Below are positions 1-13,454 of a stretch of 64,000 nt of DNA, piece after piece. Position 1 is the first letter of the stretch; each line of letters opens with the position of its first letter. This DNA is from an uncultured Gemmatimonadales bacterium (GTDB taxonomy: Bacteria > Gemmatimonadota > Gemmatimonadetes > Longimicrobiales > RSA9): assembly GCA_963783305.1 (NCBI GenBank), contig CAWAMW010000016.1, forward strand, positions 576,001-640,000. The letters are read 5' to 3'. A program made the position numbers and the translations under genes. A model generated the notes under the pieces. The model saw only the letters and a list, made by a program, of their open reading frames with translations, had not been told where the DNA came from and did not search any database.

Positions 1-351
1 ATCAAGGATGGCCAGGAGCTGGTGGGGAACCGGACGCGTGTGAAGGTGGTGAAGAACAAGATGGCGCCGCCGTTCCGTCAGGCGGAGTTCGACATCATGT
101 ACAACGAGGGGATCAGCCACGAAGGTCTGCTGGTAGACCTCGGGGACGAGCTGGGCATTGTGGACAAGGCTGGTGCCTGGTACTCCTACGGCGAGACCCG
201 GCTCGGTCAGGGTCGTGAGAATTCGAAGGCGTTCCTGCGTGAGAACCCGGAGATCGCTCAGGAGATCGAAGTAAAGGTCAGATCGGAGCTTGGAATGAAC
301 CGGAGCCAGGCCGCGGGCGAAGACCTCGACGACGACGAGTCCGACGACTAG
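1..351 (+). CDS. recA: Recombinase RecA, C-terminal part (5' end outside window)
   Basis: [31 protein letters not shown] and [16 protein letters not shown] are RecA C-terminal motifs; acidic tail. Confidence 0.97.
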   Translation: MKDGQELVGNRTRVKVVKNKMAPPFRQAEFDIMYNEGISHEGLLVDLGDELGIVDKAGAWYSYGETRLGQGRENSKAFLRENPEIAQEIEVKVRSELGMNRSQAAGEDLDDDESDD

Positions 352-390
352 AACCGCGGCCGACGTGACGCGGACGCCCTGAGGGACTCT

Positions 391-427
391 GGGCCACCGG
401 ATGAGATCCGGTGGCCCGTTTCGTTTC
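391..427 (+). terminator. Intrinsic terminator after recA
   Basis: Perfect 12-bp stem GGGCCACCGGAT-gag-ATCCGGTGGCCC followed by GTTTCGTTTC. Confidence 0.8.
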
Positions 428-430
428 GGC

Positions 431-459
431 TTCGCATCGGGGGGACGATCTCCTATATT
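431..459 (+). promoter_or_regulatory. Putative sigma70 promoter for alaS
   Basis: TTCGCA-17 nt-TATATT just after the recA terminator. Confidence 0.55.
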
Positions 460-498
460 GCGCGATTGGCCGGATGGGCCGTGGAACCCGGATAGTGA

Positions 499-3146
<2,648 letters not shown>

Positions 3147-3150
<4 letters not shown>

Positions 3151-3470
3151 GCCGCGCCGGTGCCTGGCTGGACGAGCGCACGCCGGCCATGCCGTCGGAG
3201 CTGCGGCGGGCGGTGGAGGCCGCGGTCATGGAGGACGCGGTCAGCCAGGCCGATCTCCCCGATCGCCTTGCAGAGGCGGGGCTCGGAGCTCTCTCGCGAG
3301 CGATTGAGGCCACGGACCGGGGGGCGGCCCTCGACCTGCTGGTCGCGGACGCGCTCCTGACCTACGCCTGTGAGGCGGCGGCCGAGGAGGGCCCCGCCGC
3401 TCTCGACCGTGTCACCGCCGCGCTGGACCTGAAGCGATTCGCGGTTATCCTCGAGCCCCGTACCCCATGA
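3147..3470 (+). CDS. Small helical hypothetical protein
   Basis: ATGA overlaps with both alaS and gmhA; typical codon usage. Confidence 0.8.
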
Positions 3471-4051
3471 AGAGCCCCGCAGTCGATCGGACGGTGAAGG
3501 AGCTGACCGCCCTCTCGGAGCTCGCGGCGCGCGTCGCGGGCGACATGGCCGGCCAGGTGGCCGAGCTCGCGGCCGTGGCGGGCACCGCGCTGGAGGAGGG
3601 GGGCAAGCTCATGTTCTGCGGGAACGGCGGCTCGGCCGCGGACGCGCAGCACCTGGCGACGGAGTACGTCGTGCGGTTCCAGGACGATCGGCGGCCTCTG
3701 CCGGCCCTCGCCCTCACGACGGACACGTCGCTGCTCACGGCCGCGGCGAACGATTACGGCTTCGAGCAGGTGTTCGCTCGCCAGGTCCGGGCACTGGGTC
3801 GCGGAGGCGACGTACTGTTCCTGCACAGCACCTCCGGCCGCTCACCGAATCTGCTGCGAGCGGCGGAGGCCGCCCGGGAGCAGGGAGTGAAGACGGTGGC
3901 GCTGCTCGCGCGTGGCGGGGGAGATCTGGCGTCAGCGGTGGACCACGCGCTCGTGCTCCCCACGCAGTCCGGGGCTCGCGCGCAGGAGGTCCATCTCGCC
4001 ATTGGACACATCATCTGTCAGCTTGTGGAGGAGCGGTTGCGTGCAGATTGA
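3467..4051 (+). CDS. gmhA: D-sedoheptulose-7-phosphate isomerase (SIS domain)
   Basis: CGNGGSAADAQH, ANDYGFEQVFARQV, STSGRSPN, QEVHL motifs. Confidence 0.95.
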   Translation: MKSPAVDRTVKELTALSELAARVAGDMAGQVAELAAVAGTALEEGGKLMFCGNGGSAADAQHLATEYVVRFQDDRRPLPALALTTDTSLLTAAANDYGFEQVFARQVRALGRGGDVLFLHSTSGRSPNLLRAAEAAREQGVKTVALLARGGGDLASAVDHALVLPTQSGARAQEVHLAIGHIICQLVEERLRAD

Positions 4052-4799
4052 TCTGACGGGAAAACGGGCGTTGGTCACGGGCGGTTCTCGTGGTGTCGGT
4101 GCGGCCACCGCTCGGATGCTGGCGCGCGCGGGTGCCGATGTCGGGATCACGTACCTGACTCGCGCTGAAGAGGCCCGGTCGGTGGTTGCGGAGCTGAGCG
4201 GTCTTGGCGTCGAGGCGTGGTCGCACGCCGTCGATCTGGCGGACCCCGAGGCGGTGGACGCTCTCTTCGAGCGCGTGGACCAGGAGTTCGGCGGCCTCGA
4301 CATCCTGGTGGCCAACGCCGGCGTCTGGCCGGTGGAGGACGCGCCGATTGCGGAGATGTCGCCGGAGCAGTGGCGGCGCACGCTGGCGGTGAACCTGGAT
4401 GGCGTCTTCTATGCCGTGAGGGGAGCGGCGCGCCGGATCCGTGCGGGGGGGCGCCTGGTGCTGGTGGGTTCGACCGCCGGACAGCGCGGTGAGGCGGGCC
4501 ATGGCGATTACGCCGCGAGCAAGGGCGCGCTCATTTCCCTGGTGAAAGGCGTGGCCGTGGAGCTGGCACCCATGGACGTTACCGTGAACTGTGTCGCCCC
4601 CGGCTGGATCGACACGGAGATGGCGGCGCTCCCGTACGCCGACGGCGGTCTGTCCAGGATCGAGTCCACGATCCCGCTCGGACGCGTCGCGTCGGCCGAC
4701 GACGTGGCGGGCCCGATCCTCTTCCTCTGCTCGCCGCTCGCCCGTCACGTCACCGGCGAGGTGCTGAACGTCAACGGCGGTGCGGTGCTCTGCGGTTGA
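4041..4799 (+). CDS. SDR family oxidoreductase (FabG-like)
   Basis: TGGSRGVG, NAG, YAASK, VNCVAPGWIDT; GTG start at 4041 overlapping gmhA. Confidence 0.92.
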   Translation: MQIDLTGKRALVTGGSRGVGAATARMLARAGADVGITYLTRAEEARSVVAELSGLGVEAWSHAVDLADPEAVDALFERVDQEFGGLDILVANAGVWPVEDAPIAEMSPEQWRRTLAVNLDGVFYAVRGAARRIRAGGRLVLVGSTAGQRGEAGHGDYAASKGALISLVKGVAVELAPMDVTVNCVAPGWIDTEMAALPYADGGLSRIESTIPLGRVASADDVAGPILFLCSPLARHVTGEVLNVNGGAVLCG

Positions 4800-4806
4800 G
4801 CGGGCG

Positions 4807-6153
4807 ATGGAGCTGAACGCGCCCGAGGGCGTTCTGCGGATCGTCCGCACCCTCGAGGAGGCGGGCTTCGCCGCCTGGGCGGTGGGTGGCGCCGTGCGTG
4901 ACCAGGTGGCGGGTCATCCGTCGGGGGACTGGGATCTGGCAACCCGCGCGACGCCTGCCGAGGTCATGAAGCTGTTCAGGCGCACCGTTCCGGTGGGGGT
5001 GGAGCACGGCACGGTGGGGGTGCTCGTGCAGGACACGATGTACGAGGTGACAACGTTCCGGCGCGACGTGGAGACGTTCGGGCGCCACGCGGTTGTCTCG
5101 TTCGCCAGCACGATCGAGGAGGACCTGGCGCGGCGCGATTTCACCATCAACGCGCTGGCGTGGCATCCTCTCACGCGGCAGCTCCTGGACCCGTTCGGCG
5201 GTGCCGAGGACCTCCGGGAGGGGCTCCTTCGCACGGTGCGTGATCCCGCGGAGCGATTCGCCGAGGACTATCTCCGGGTCCTCCGCGCGCTCCGGTTCGC
5301 CGGCCGCTTCGAGCTGCGGGTCGAGCGCGGGACCTGGACCGCCCTTCAGGATGCCGTGCGGCACCTGGGAGGGCTCTCGGCGGAGCGCGTACGGGAAGAG
5401 CTGGTGAAGGTCCTGGCCGGGCAGCGTGCACCGTCCGGATCCCTCGAGCTCTATCGGGAGGCGGGGGTGCTGGACGTCCTTTTCCCGGAGCTCGCGGCCC
5501 TTGCCGGGGAGCCGCCGGAGGCGGACCCCGATCTGTGGCGGCTCACCCTCGCGGCGGTGGACGCGGTGCCTCCGCACCGGCCCATTCTGCGGCTGGCCAC
5601 GCTCCTTCACGCCATCGGAATGCCGCCCGCGCGGACGAAAGACCTGCGGGGGGGGTGGCGGCACACGGGCCACGAGGTGCTGGGGGCCCGGAAGGCGGAG
5701 GACGTCATGCGCCGGCTCAAGAGCTCCAACGCCGACACCGAGCGCGTGGTTCGGCTGGTGCGCCATCAGCCGGACCTTTTCCCGCCCGATGCTCCCGACG
5801 CGGGGGTCCGGCAGTGGCTGCGCGACATCGGCACGGACCTCGTGGGGGACCTGTTCCGGCTCCGTTTCGCCCGCTGGAGAGCGGAGGCCGCGCTCGGCAG
5901 CGCGGCGGGACCGCGGCCCGAGGACTTGCTGGAGCGGTGGCGGATGGCACACCGCGTCCTCCTCGAGCACCCGGTGCTGGACGCGCGCGGCCTTGCCATT
6001 GGCGGCCGTGAGCTGCGGGATATTGGCCTGGAGCCGGGGCCGCTGTTCGGGGAGATCCTGGAGACGCTGGTGGCCGAGGTGGTCCAGGACCCCACGCTCA
6101 ACCGGGGGGACGCGCTGCTGGAGCGCGTTCGACGGGAGTGGCTCCGTGAGTGA
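4807..6153 (+). CDS. cca: CCA-adding tRNA nucleotidyltransferase (class II)
   Basis: [45 protein letters not shown]. Confidence 0.92.
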   Translation: MELNAPEGVLRIVRTLEEAGFAAWAVGGAVRDQVAGHPSGDWDLATRATPAEVMKLFRRTVPVGVEHGTVGVLVQDTMYEVTTFRRDVETFGRHAVVSFASTIEEDLARRDFTINALAWHPLTRQLLDPFGGAEDLREGLLRTVRDPAERFAEDYLRVLRALRFAGRFELRVERGTWTALQDAVRHLGGLSAERVREELVKVLAGQRAPSGSLELYREAGVLDVLFPELAALAGEPPEADPDLWRLTLAAVDAVPPHRPILRLATLLHAIGMPPARTKDLRGGWRHTGHEVLGARKAEDVMRRLKSSNADTERVVRLVRHQPDLFPPDAPDAGVRQWLRDIGTDLVGDLFRLRFARWRAEAALGSAAGPRPEDLLERWRMAHRVLLEHPVLDARGLAIGGRELRDIGLEPGPLFGEILETLVAEVVQDPTLNRGDALLERVRREWLRE

Positions 6154-7552
6154 GCTCGATCTCTTCGGCAGACCGACGGGGCCCGGGGGTGGTGATGCCG
6201 GCGGGGGTCACAGGGCTCGCTCGCTGGAGCCGGGCGCGAACGCCCCCCTGGCCGCGCGTATGCGGCCGCGCACGCTCGACGAGTTCGTGGGGCAGGAGAA
6301 TGTGCTCGGCGAGGGCCGCGCGCTCCGCGAGCTCATCGCAAAGGACGAGGTGGGTAGCCTCATCCTGTGGGGGCCGCCCGGGACCGGGAAGACCACGATC
6401 GCGCGGGTCATCGCCGCCGGGACGAACGCCGCCTTCGAGCCGTTCAGCGCCGTCACCGAGGGGATTCCCCGGGTCCGTGAGATCGTGAAGGAGGCGGAGA
6501 CACGGCTGAAGGCCACGGGCCGCCGGACCATCCTCTTCTGTGACGAGATCCACCGGTTCAACAAGGCGCAGCAGGACGCTTTTCTCCCGCACGTCGAGGC
6601 CGGCACGATTTCACTGATCGGCGCGACCACGGAGAACCCGTCTTTCGAGGTGATCGGCGCACTCCTGAGTCGCGCCCGGGTCTTCGTGCTCGAACCGCTC
6701 GGTGAGGACGACCTCGTGGCGATCCTCCAACGGGCGCTGGAGGACCCCGAGCGAGGTCTCGGCCACCTGTCCCTGACCGTCGATGAGGAAGGGCTCGCGC
6801 TGATCGCCGGGGAGGCGGATGGCGACGCGCGCCGGGCCTTGAACGCTCTGGAGACCGCGGCGACCCTGGCCGGAGCGGGCGGCACGATCGACGCCGAGCG
6901 GGTGCGAGAAGCGCTGCAGCGGCGTTTCGCCCATTACGACAAGGGGGGTGAACAGCACTTCAATCTCATCTCGGCACTCCACAAGGCGGTGCGGGGGAGC
7001 GACCCCGATGGGGCGCTGTACTGGCTGGCCCGTATGCTGGAGGGGGGCGAGGACCCGCTCTATCTAGCCCGGCGCCTGATTCGGATGGCCGTGGAGGACA
7101 TAGGGCTGTCCGACCCCGACGCTCTGGGGATCACGGTGGCCGCGCGCGACGCGTTCCAGATGCTCGGCTCACCGGAAGGGGATCTCGCTCTGGCGGAGGC
7201 GGCGGTGTACCTGGCGACGGCGCCCAAGTCGAACCGCCTGTACGCGGCGTTCGGCGCGGCGCGCGCCGCCGCCCGCGACACGCCGGCGGAACCCGTCCCG
7301 CACCACATTCGGAACGCGCCCACCAGGCTGATGAAGGACCTGGGCTACGGAGCGGGGTACAGCTATGCGTTCGAGTCGGAGGACCATGTCACGGCGCAGG
7401 AGTACCTGCCCGAGCGGCTGCGTGGAACGCGATTCTACGAGCCGAGCCGGTTCGGGCACGAGAAACGCATCGGTGAGCGGCTGGCGTGGTGGGCGGAGCG
7501 GCGGAGTGGGGCGGCGGAGGAGAAGGCGGAGCCACCGGAACCGGAGAGCTGA
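6146..7552 (+). CDS. rarA: Replication-associated recombination protein A
   Basis: [62 protein letters not shown] start at 6146. Confidence 0.96.
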   Translation: MSELDLFGRPTGPGGGDAGGGHRARSLEPGANAPLAARMRPRTLDEFVGQENVLGEGRALRELIAKDEVGSLILWGPPGTGKTTIARVIAAGTNAAFEPFSAVTEGIPRVREIVKEAETRLKATGRRTILFCDEIHRFNKAQQDAFLPHVEAGTISLIGATTENPSFEVIGALLSRARVFVLEPLGEDDLVAILQRALEDPERGLGHLSLTVDEEGLALIAGEADGDARRALNALETAATLAGAGGTIDAERVREALQRRFAHYDKGGEQHFNLISALHKAVRGSDPDGALYWLARMLEGGEDPLYLARRLIRMAVEDIGLSDPDALGITVAARDAFQMLGSPEGDLALAEAAVYLATAPKSNRLYAAFGAARAAARDTPAEPVPHHIRNAPTRLMKDLGYGAGYSYAFESEDHVTAQEYLPERLRGTRFYEPSRFGHEKRIGERLAWWAERRSGAAEEKAEPPEPES

Positions 7553-7573
7553 ACGACGGAGATGGGAGAGGGT

Positions 7574-8047
7574 ATGAGTCGCATGAGATCGAGTGTAATG
7601 GCAGTGCTTCTGACGACTCTGGTGGTCGGCTGTATTCCGAAGGTACAGCAGCCGGAGGTTTGGCTTGGGGGTGCCCGGCTGGCGTCCATCGGGTTGAGTG
7701 GCGGTGTGGTCGAGGTCCAGCTGAGCGTTTACAACCCGAACAGGTTCACACTCCGGGCGAGTGGGCTGACGTACGATGTGGACCTGGAGGACTCGAGCGG
7801 GGACGGCTGGATCGATTTCACGGAGGGTGAGATCGATCGGTACGTGGAGGTGCCGGCGGGCGATACGGCCATGGTGTCGATCCCGGTGGAGTTCGACTAC
7901 CGAAGCCTCGGAAAGGCGCTCCGGGGGATACTGGACCGTGGCACGTTCGACTATCGGGTGAGTGGCAGGGTCGCGCTGGAGGACCCGATCCGGCGCAGTT
8001 TCAGCTATCGCCATGCCGGTGCAGTGAGCCCGAGCGGGGCGCGGTAG
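7574..8047 (+). CDS. LEA type 2 / WHy-domain lipoprotein
   Basis: Lipobox VVGC; VYNPNRFTL is the WHy NPN motif; start could be 7562, 7574 or 7583. Confidence 0.8.
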   Translation: MSRMRSSVMAVLLTTLVVGCIPKVQQPEVWLGGARLASIGLSGGVVEVQLSVYNPNRFTLRASGLTYDVDLEDSSGDGWIDFTEGEIDRYVEVPAGDTAMVSIPVEFDYRSLGKALRGILDRGTFDYRVSGRVALEDPIRRSFSYRHAGAVSPSGAR

Positions 8048-8074
8048 TGGTCGGACCAACCAGGGGAGGACGCA

Positions 8075-9373
8075 ATTAAGGAGACGATTTCGCTGGAGAC
8101 GCCGGAAGAGCGCGCGGTGCTGGTGGGTGCGCCGACACAGCACGTGTCGCCGGAAGAGGCGGATGAACACCTGGAGGAGCTGGGGCGCCTGACGGACACG
8201 GCTGGCGCTCGTGTCGTGGCCGTACTCGTACAGCGTCTGAGCTCGCCGCACCCCCGTTACTTCATCGGGGAGGGCAAGGCGGATCAGCTGAAGAAGATCG
8301 CCGATGAACGGGAGGCGACCGTGGTGATCTTCGATGATGAGCTCACCCCCGCGCAGGGGAAGAACCTGGAGGACCTCCTCGGGGTCCGGGTCATGGACCG
8401 TGCGGAGCTCATCCTGGACATCTTTGCCACCCGGGCCCGGACCAACGAGGCGCAGCTGCAGGTGGAACTGGCGCAGCTGCAGTACATGCTGCCGCGGCTG
8501 AAGCGCATGTGGACCCACCTCTCCCGGATCCGGGGCGGCATCGGGCTCCGGGGCCCGGGTGAGACGCAGCTGGAGACCGACCGCCGGATCATCGGGCGAC
8601 GGATCAGCGATCTGCGCGCCCAGCTCAAGGTGGTGGCGCAGCGCCGGGCGACGCAGCGCAAAGGGCGCTCGGGCGAGTTCCAGGCGGCGCTGGTCGGCTA
8701 CACGAACGCGGGGAAGTCGAGCCTGCTGAGGGATCTCTCGGGGTCGGACCTCTTCGTGGAAGACCGCCTGTTCGCCACCCTGGACCCGGCCACCCGGAAG
8801 GTCGAGTTGCCCAGCGGGTCGAGCGTCTTGATGACCGACACCGTGGGGTTCATCCGGAAACTGCCCCACCACCTCGTGGCCTCATTCCGGGCCACCCTCG
8901 AGGAGGCTTCCGAGGCCGACGTCCTCCTGCACGTCATCGACGGCTCCCATCCCCGTTGGGAGGAGCAGAAGGCGGTGGTGGAGGAAGTGCTCGCGGAGCT
9001 GGACCTGGACGAGGTTCCCGAGGCGCTGGTCTTCAACAAGATCGACCGGCTGACCCACGACGAAGAGGACGCGCTCCGGCAGCGGAGCCAGGCGGCGTTC
9101 GCGGAGCCGGCTGTCTTCACCTCCACCGTGGAAAAGGGCGGGGTCGAGGAGCTGCTGGTGTTTCTGGAGGACCAGATCCGCCATCAGCGGCCGGAGGTCC
9201 GGATCCTGGTCCCGGCGGCGGACGGCGAGGCGCTGGCCACGCTCTACCGGGAGGGGGAGGTGCTCAGCCGGGAGGAGCGAGGCACCACCATCAATATCCT
9301 GGCCCGGTTGCCGACGCCCACACTGGGGCGGCTCAGGCAGCGCGAGGGCATAGAAGTGAGCGGCGCGGCGTGA
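8075..9373 (+). CDS. hflX: Ribosome-splitting GTPase HflX (probable AUU start; first canonical start is GTG 8117)
   Basis: ELILDIFATRA, GIGLRGPGETQLETDRR, GYTNAGKSS, LFATLD, DTVGFI, NKID. Confidence 0.95.
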   Translation: MKETISLETPEERAVLVGAPTQHVSPEEADEHLEELGRLTDTAGARVVAVLVQRLSSPHPRYFIGEGKADQLKKIADEREATVVIFDDELTPAQGKNLEDLLGVRVMDRAELILDIFATRARTNEAQLQVELAQLQYMLPRLKRMWTHLSRIRGGIGLRGPGETQLETDRRIIGRRISDLRAQLKVVAQRRATQRKGRSGEFQAALVGYTNAGKSSLLRDLSGSDLFVEDRLFATLDPATRKVELPSGSSVLMTDTVGFIRKLPHHLVASFRATLEEASEADVLLHVIDGSHPRWEEQKAVVEEVLAELDLDEVPEALVFNKIDRLTHDEEDALRQRSQAAFAEPAVFTSTVEKGGVEELLVFLEDQIRHQRPEVRILVPAADGEALATLYREGEVLSREERGTTINILARLPTPTLGRLRQREGIEVSGAA

Positions 9374-10233
9374 CCGATACACTCTGCATCATCGGCCCCG
9401 GCCGGATGGGGCTCGCGCTGGGCGGTGCGCTGCACCAAGCCGGCGCGCTCGATCACCTCGCCTATCTCGGGCGCTCGCACGATGCGCCGCCTCACCCGTT
9501 GTTCGACGATCCCGGTGTTGGTTATCGAGCCGGAACCGGGCCGATCCCGGAGGGCACCAGCATCCTGATCCTGGCGGTGCCCGATGATGTGCTCCATTCG
9601 GTGGCGAACGAGGTGGCACAGATGGGCCCCGCGCCGCCCGCGTGCGTGGCGCTGCACCTCTCCGGCGCTCTTTCCACCGACGTGCTGGGGCCGCTCCACG
9701 GCGCTGGCTACACCCTCGGATCCCTGCACCCCCTCCAGACCGTGGCCGATCCGTGGTCGGGCGTTGAGCGGCTCCGTGGCTGCGCCTACGCCATCGCCGG
9801 GGAGCCCGCCGCCCTCGCCGCGACCCGTCGGCTCGTGGCCACCCTCGACGGTCACCCCATGGTGATCCCACCCGCGCTGCGCCCCCTGTATCACGCGTCC
9901 GCCGTGTTCGCTTCGAACTACGTGCTGGCGGCGGCGGCGGCGGTGGCGCGGACGCTGGCCGAGGCGGGGATCGACGAGGACGAGGCGGTGCGGGCGGCGC
10001 TGCCGCTCATGCGCGGGACCATGGACAACGTGGAGCAGCTGGGGCTCGGCGCGGCGCTGACGGGTCCCGTGGCACGGGGGGATGTGGACACCGTCCGGTT
10101 GCACCTCTCGCGGTTGTCGCCGCGTGAGCGCCGGCTATATTCGGCGCTGGGACTGGAAACCGTCCAGCTCGCCCGCGCCGTCGGTCTGGATCCGGCGCGG
10201 GCGGACGCTCTCGACTCTCTTCTGGCGGAGTGA
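9370..10233 (+). CDS. Rossmann-like + DUF2520 protein (PanG-type ketopantoate reductase family)
   Basis: [50 protein letters not shown] overlap with hflX. Confidence 0.88.
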   Translation: MTDTLCIIGPGRMGLALGGALHQAGALDHLAYLGRSHDAPPHPLFDDPGVGYRAGTGPIPEGTSILILAVPDDVLHSVANEVAQMGPAPPACVALHLSGALSTDVLGPLHGAGYTLGSLHPLQTVADPWSGVERLRGCAYAIAGEPAALAATRRLVATLDGHPMVIPPALRPLYHASAVFASNYVLAAAAAVARTLAEAGIDEDEAVRAALPLMRGTMDNVEQLGLGAALTGPVARGDVDTVRLHLSRLSPRERRLYSALGLETVQLARAVGLDPARADALDSLLAE

Positions 10234-10967
10234 TGCGGCTCCATATCAACATCGACCACGTAGCGACCGTGCGTCAGGCGCGGCGCACGGATGAGCCGGA
10301 CCCGGTGAGGGCGGCGGTCCTCGTCGAGCAGGGCGGCGCGGACGGGATCACGGTTCACCTGCGGGAAGATCGGCGCCACATCCAGGACCGGGACGTCCGA
10401 CTGCTGATGGAGACGGTGCGGTCGGGCGTCAACCTGGAAATCGCCGCGACGGAGGAGATGACCGAGCTGGCGGTGGAACTGATGCCGATGTGTGTCACGC
10501 TCGTGCCGGAGCGGCGGGAGGAAGTGACGACCGAGGGCGGTCTCTCCCTGGCGGACGGGGGGGGCGCCCGGATCCGAGCGGTCCTGGACCGACTCCGTGG
10601 CACCCCCGTGAAGACCGCGTTGTTCGTCGATCCGGAGCCCGACACGCTGCGCACTGCGCTCGACATGGGTGCCGACGCCGTGGAGCTGCACACCGGCGAG
10701 TACGCCAACCGCTGGCGTGCCGGCCGCGGCGCCCCGGAGGAGCTGACTCGCCTGCGGCGGGCGGCGGCGCTCGGACGCTCGCTCGGGCTGGACGTGCACG
10801 CCGGGCACGGGCTCACCTACGAGAACGTGAGGCCCGTCGCCGCCGTGGCGGAGATCGAAGAGCTGAACATCGGTCACAGCGTCATCAGTCGCTCGATCTT
10901 CGTGGGGGTGGAGCGTGCCGTCGCCGAGATGAGGAGCCTGCTGCGGGAGGCGCGAGCTACCGGGTGA
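10233..10967 (+). CDS. pdxJ: Pyridoxine 5'-phosphate synthase
   Basis: [53 protein letters not shown]. Confidence 0.98.
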   Translation: MRLHINIDHVATVRQARRTDEPDPVRAAVLVEQGGADGITVHLREDRRHIQDRDVRLLMETVRSGVNLEIAATEEMTELAVELMPMCVTLVPERREEVTTEGGLSLADGGGARIRAVLDRLRGTPVKTALFVDPEPDTLRTALDMGADAVELHTGEYANRWRAGRGAPEELTRLRRAAALGRSLGLDVHAGHGLTYENVRPVAAVAEIEELNIGHSVISRSIFVGVERAVAEMRSLLREARATG

Positions 10968-11497
10968 TGAACCGCGTCCGCAGCTTCTTCTTCGAGGAAG
11001 CCGGTGAGTGCATGGCCGACCTTCGACGGGAGCTGGCGAGGGAGCCGCTGGACCCGGCGGCGGTCCACGGGATCGTACGGCGGTTTCGGGGCAGCGCGGA
11101 CATGGCGCGGTTCGGCGCCCTGACGGCGCAGGTCCGGGAGATCGAGATATGGCTGCGTGACCGGGCGACGGCGCCCGTGGCCGCGGGATCCGCGGAATCG
11201 GTGAGGAGTCGCGTGCGTCACGTGATGGGATCGTTCGAACGAGAGCTGACTGAGATTCGCGAGGGACGACAGGAGGAGGACCCGAGAATGGAGGACGGGA
11301 TGACGGAGGCCGAAACGGACGGGGGGCAGGGCGGCGGGGAGGTCGTGCCTGTCGAGACGTTGGAGTACCAGGGCGCGGCGGCCATCGAGCGGGCCCTGTC
11401 GCTGCGCGAGGCGCTGGAGGACGCGATCGTTGCCGATGAGCCGGCGGGACCGATCCTGGACGAGTTGTACGATCTGATCCGTCTCGGCACGCGGTGA
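10967..11497 (+). CDS. HPt-like domain protein lacking the canonical His
   Basis: FFFEEAGECMADL...VRRFRGSADMARF resembles CheA-P1/HPt helices (HxLKGS); coupled to pdxJ and next gene. Confidence 0.7.
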   Translation: MNRVRSFFFEEAGECMADLRRELAREPLDPAAVHGIVRRFRGSADMARFGALTAQVREIEIWLRDRATAPVAAGSAESVRSRVRHVMGSFERELTEIREGRQEEDPRMEDGMTEAETDGGQGGGEVVPVETLEYQGAAAIERALSLREALEDAIVADEPAGPILDELYDLIRLGTR

Positions 11498-12552
11498 CCG
11501 ACGGCGGCAAAAGCCCCGCCGGCCGGAGCCTCCTCGACTGGAAGGCCGTGTTGGGGGTGCTCATCAGCGCAGGACTCCTCTGGTACGCCTTCCGCGATGT
11601 CCACGTGGCCGAGATCTGGTCACGGATCCGGCAGGCGAATCTGCCCCTGCTCCTTCTTTCCTCGGTCGTGGTCACGCTGCCGTTTCCGCTCCGGGCACTG
11701 AGGTGGCGGCCGCTGCTCGAGCCCGCCCTTCCGCATAGCCGTTTCCGCTCTCGCTATGCCGCCACCTGCATCGGCTTCATGGCCAACAACCTGCTGCCCG
11801 CGCGCGTGGGTGAGTTCGCCCGGGCCTTCGCCCTGAGCCGACTCGAGCCCGTCTCGGTATCCGCGTCGTTCGGCTCCCTGGTCGTGGAGCGGATGTTCGA
11901 TGGGGTCGTCGTCGTGCTGTTTCTGCTCATCGCCCTTGCCTGGCCTACCTTCCCCGACGTCTCCGGACGTGATTTCAGCGGAATCGCCTTCTGGATGGCC
12001 GGCGTGCTGCTGGTGCTCTTCGCCATCATGCTCGCCCTGGTCATCCGGCCAGAGCGATCGGTGCGGTGGTTCGAGCGCGCGGCGGGGATCCTGCCCCGCG
12101 GAGTCCGCAGGAGGGTGGTGGATGCCCTCGAAGCATTCCTCGAGGGGCTGGCCGCAGTCCGCGAGGGCCGGCTGGTGGTGAAGATCTTCCTCTGGTCGCT
12201 CCTGACCTGGCTGGCGGCGTCGCTCGGCATGTGGTTCGGGCTCCTGGCGTTTGATATCGATGTGCCCTTCGTGGCGGCGCTCTTCCTGAACTCCGTCATC
12301 GCACTCGCCGTGGCGCTTCCTTCGGCGCCCGGATTCTTCGGCGTATATGAGGCGGCCGCACGCATCGGACTGGTCGAGGTCTGGGGCGTCGCGTCGTCGC
12401 CCGCCCTCGCCTTCGCCATCGGGTTCCACATGGCCGGTTTCGTCCCCATCACGGTCATGGGGCTGTACTACCTGTGGCGGCTGGGCATATCGTGGCGGGA
12501 CGTGGGTCGGAGCGAGGACTCGGTAGAGACCGCGGTGGAGGACGGAAGATGA
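11494..12552 (+). CDS. Lysylphosphatidylglycerol-synthase TM / UPF0104 flippase-like membrane protein
   Basis: LRALRW, GFMANNLLPARVGEFARA, VVERMFD, LPSAPGFFGVYE; multiple TM helices. Confidence 0.88.
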   Translation: MTDGGKSPAGRSLLDWKAVLGVLISAGLLWYAFRDVHVAEIWSRIRQANLPLLLLSSVVVTLPFPLRALRWRPLLEPALPHSRFRSRYAATCIGFMANNLLPARVGEFARAFALSRLEPVSVSASFGSLVVERMFDGVVVVLFLLIALAWPTFPDVSGRDFSGIAFWMAGVLLVLFAIMLALVIRPERSVRWFERAAGILPRGVRRRVVDALEAFLEGLAAVREGRLVVKIFLWSLLTWLAASLGMWFGLLAFDIDVPFVAALFLNSVIALAVALPSAPGFFGVYEAAARIGLVEVWGVASSPALAFAIGFHMAGFVPITVMGLYYLWRLGISWRDVGRSEDSVETAVEDGR

Positions 12553-13454
12553 GGATTACCATCGCGGCCCCGGCGAAGGTCAACCTCTGGCTGCGCGTTG
12601 GGCCGCCGGAGGACTCCGGCTTTCACGCCATCTCGACGCTCTTCTGCGCCCTCGACCTGGCCGATACGGTGGTACTCCGGCGCGCGGCCGGCGTCGACTC
12701 GGCCGGTGTGGACGCCTCGTTCGCCCCTCCGCTGAAGGCGCTTCCGGACCTCGGCCCCCCCGAGCAGAATCTGGCGGTCCGCGCCGCGCGGGCGTTCGTG
12801 GAGCGGGCAGGTCTCGGAACGCCCCCGCACATCGAGCTCGTGAAACGGATTCCCTCGGGCGGTGGTCTGGGCGGCGGGTCCAGCGACGCCGGCGCCGTCC
12901 TGCGGGCCTTGCGTCGGATGCACCCGCGCGTCCTCACCGCCAGCGACCTGATGGAGATCGCGGCGGGGATCGGGAGCGACGTGCCCTTCTTCACCCAGGC
13001 GACGCCGCTGGCGCTGGGCGCAGGCCATGGCGAGCGGCTGACTCCGGTCCCGCCACTGCCCCCGCGGCCCGTTGTGCTCGTCCTCCCGCCGTTCGCCGTG
13101 AGCACCGCCGAGGCCTATCACTGGCTCGATGAAAGCCGCAGGCCGGATGCGAATCTGGATACGGATCGTCGGGATGCCTTCGGCCGGGCGGGGGAGCCGC
13201 CTTGCACCTGGGACCAGGTGGCGGACGCCGCCGTGAACGATTTCGAGAAGCCGGTATTCGATCGACATCCCGATCTGTGCGACATCCGGGAGGCCATGCA
13301 GTCGCTGGGCGCACGACCGGCTCTGCTGGCCGGGAGCGGATCCGCCCTGTTCGGCGTGTTCGCGGCCCCCGACGATGCGGACGCGGCCGTGGCATCTCTC
13401 GAGGCTGAGTATCCCCGGTGTCGGATCCTGCGAACGGGAACCCGGAGCCGCTGA
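12549..13454 (+). CDS. ispE: 4-diphosphocytidyl-2-C-methyl-D-erythritol kinase
   Basis: APAKVNLWL, KRIPSGGGLGGGSSDA, GSDVPFF, NDFE, GSGSALF. Confidence 0.96.
   Translation: MRITIAAPAKVNLWLRVGPPEDSGFHAISTLFCALDLADTVVLRRAAGVDSAGVDASFAPPLKALPDLGPPEQNLAVRAARAFVERAGLGTPPHIELVKRIPSGGGLGGGSSDAGAVLRALRRMHPRVLTASDLMEIAAGIGSDVPFFTQATPLALGAGHGERLTPVPPLPPRPVVLVLPPFAVSTAEAYHWLDESRRPDANLDTDRRDAFGRAGEPPCTWDQVADAAVNDFEKPVFDRHPDLCDIREAMQSLGARPALLAGSGSALFGVFAAPDDADAAVASLEAEYPRCRILRTGTRSR

Noticed and set aside
5426..6145. Long N-terminal extensions in the ORF track (rarA, DUF2520, HPt-like, dinB, rpsF, creatininase, rfbC)
   Set aside because: They overlap upstream genes; true starts were reassigned from stop/start overlaps, SD sites and motifs
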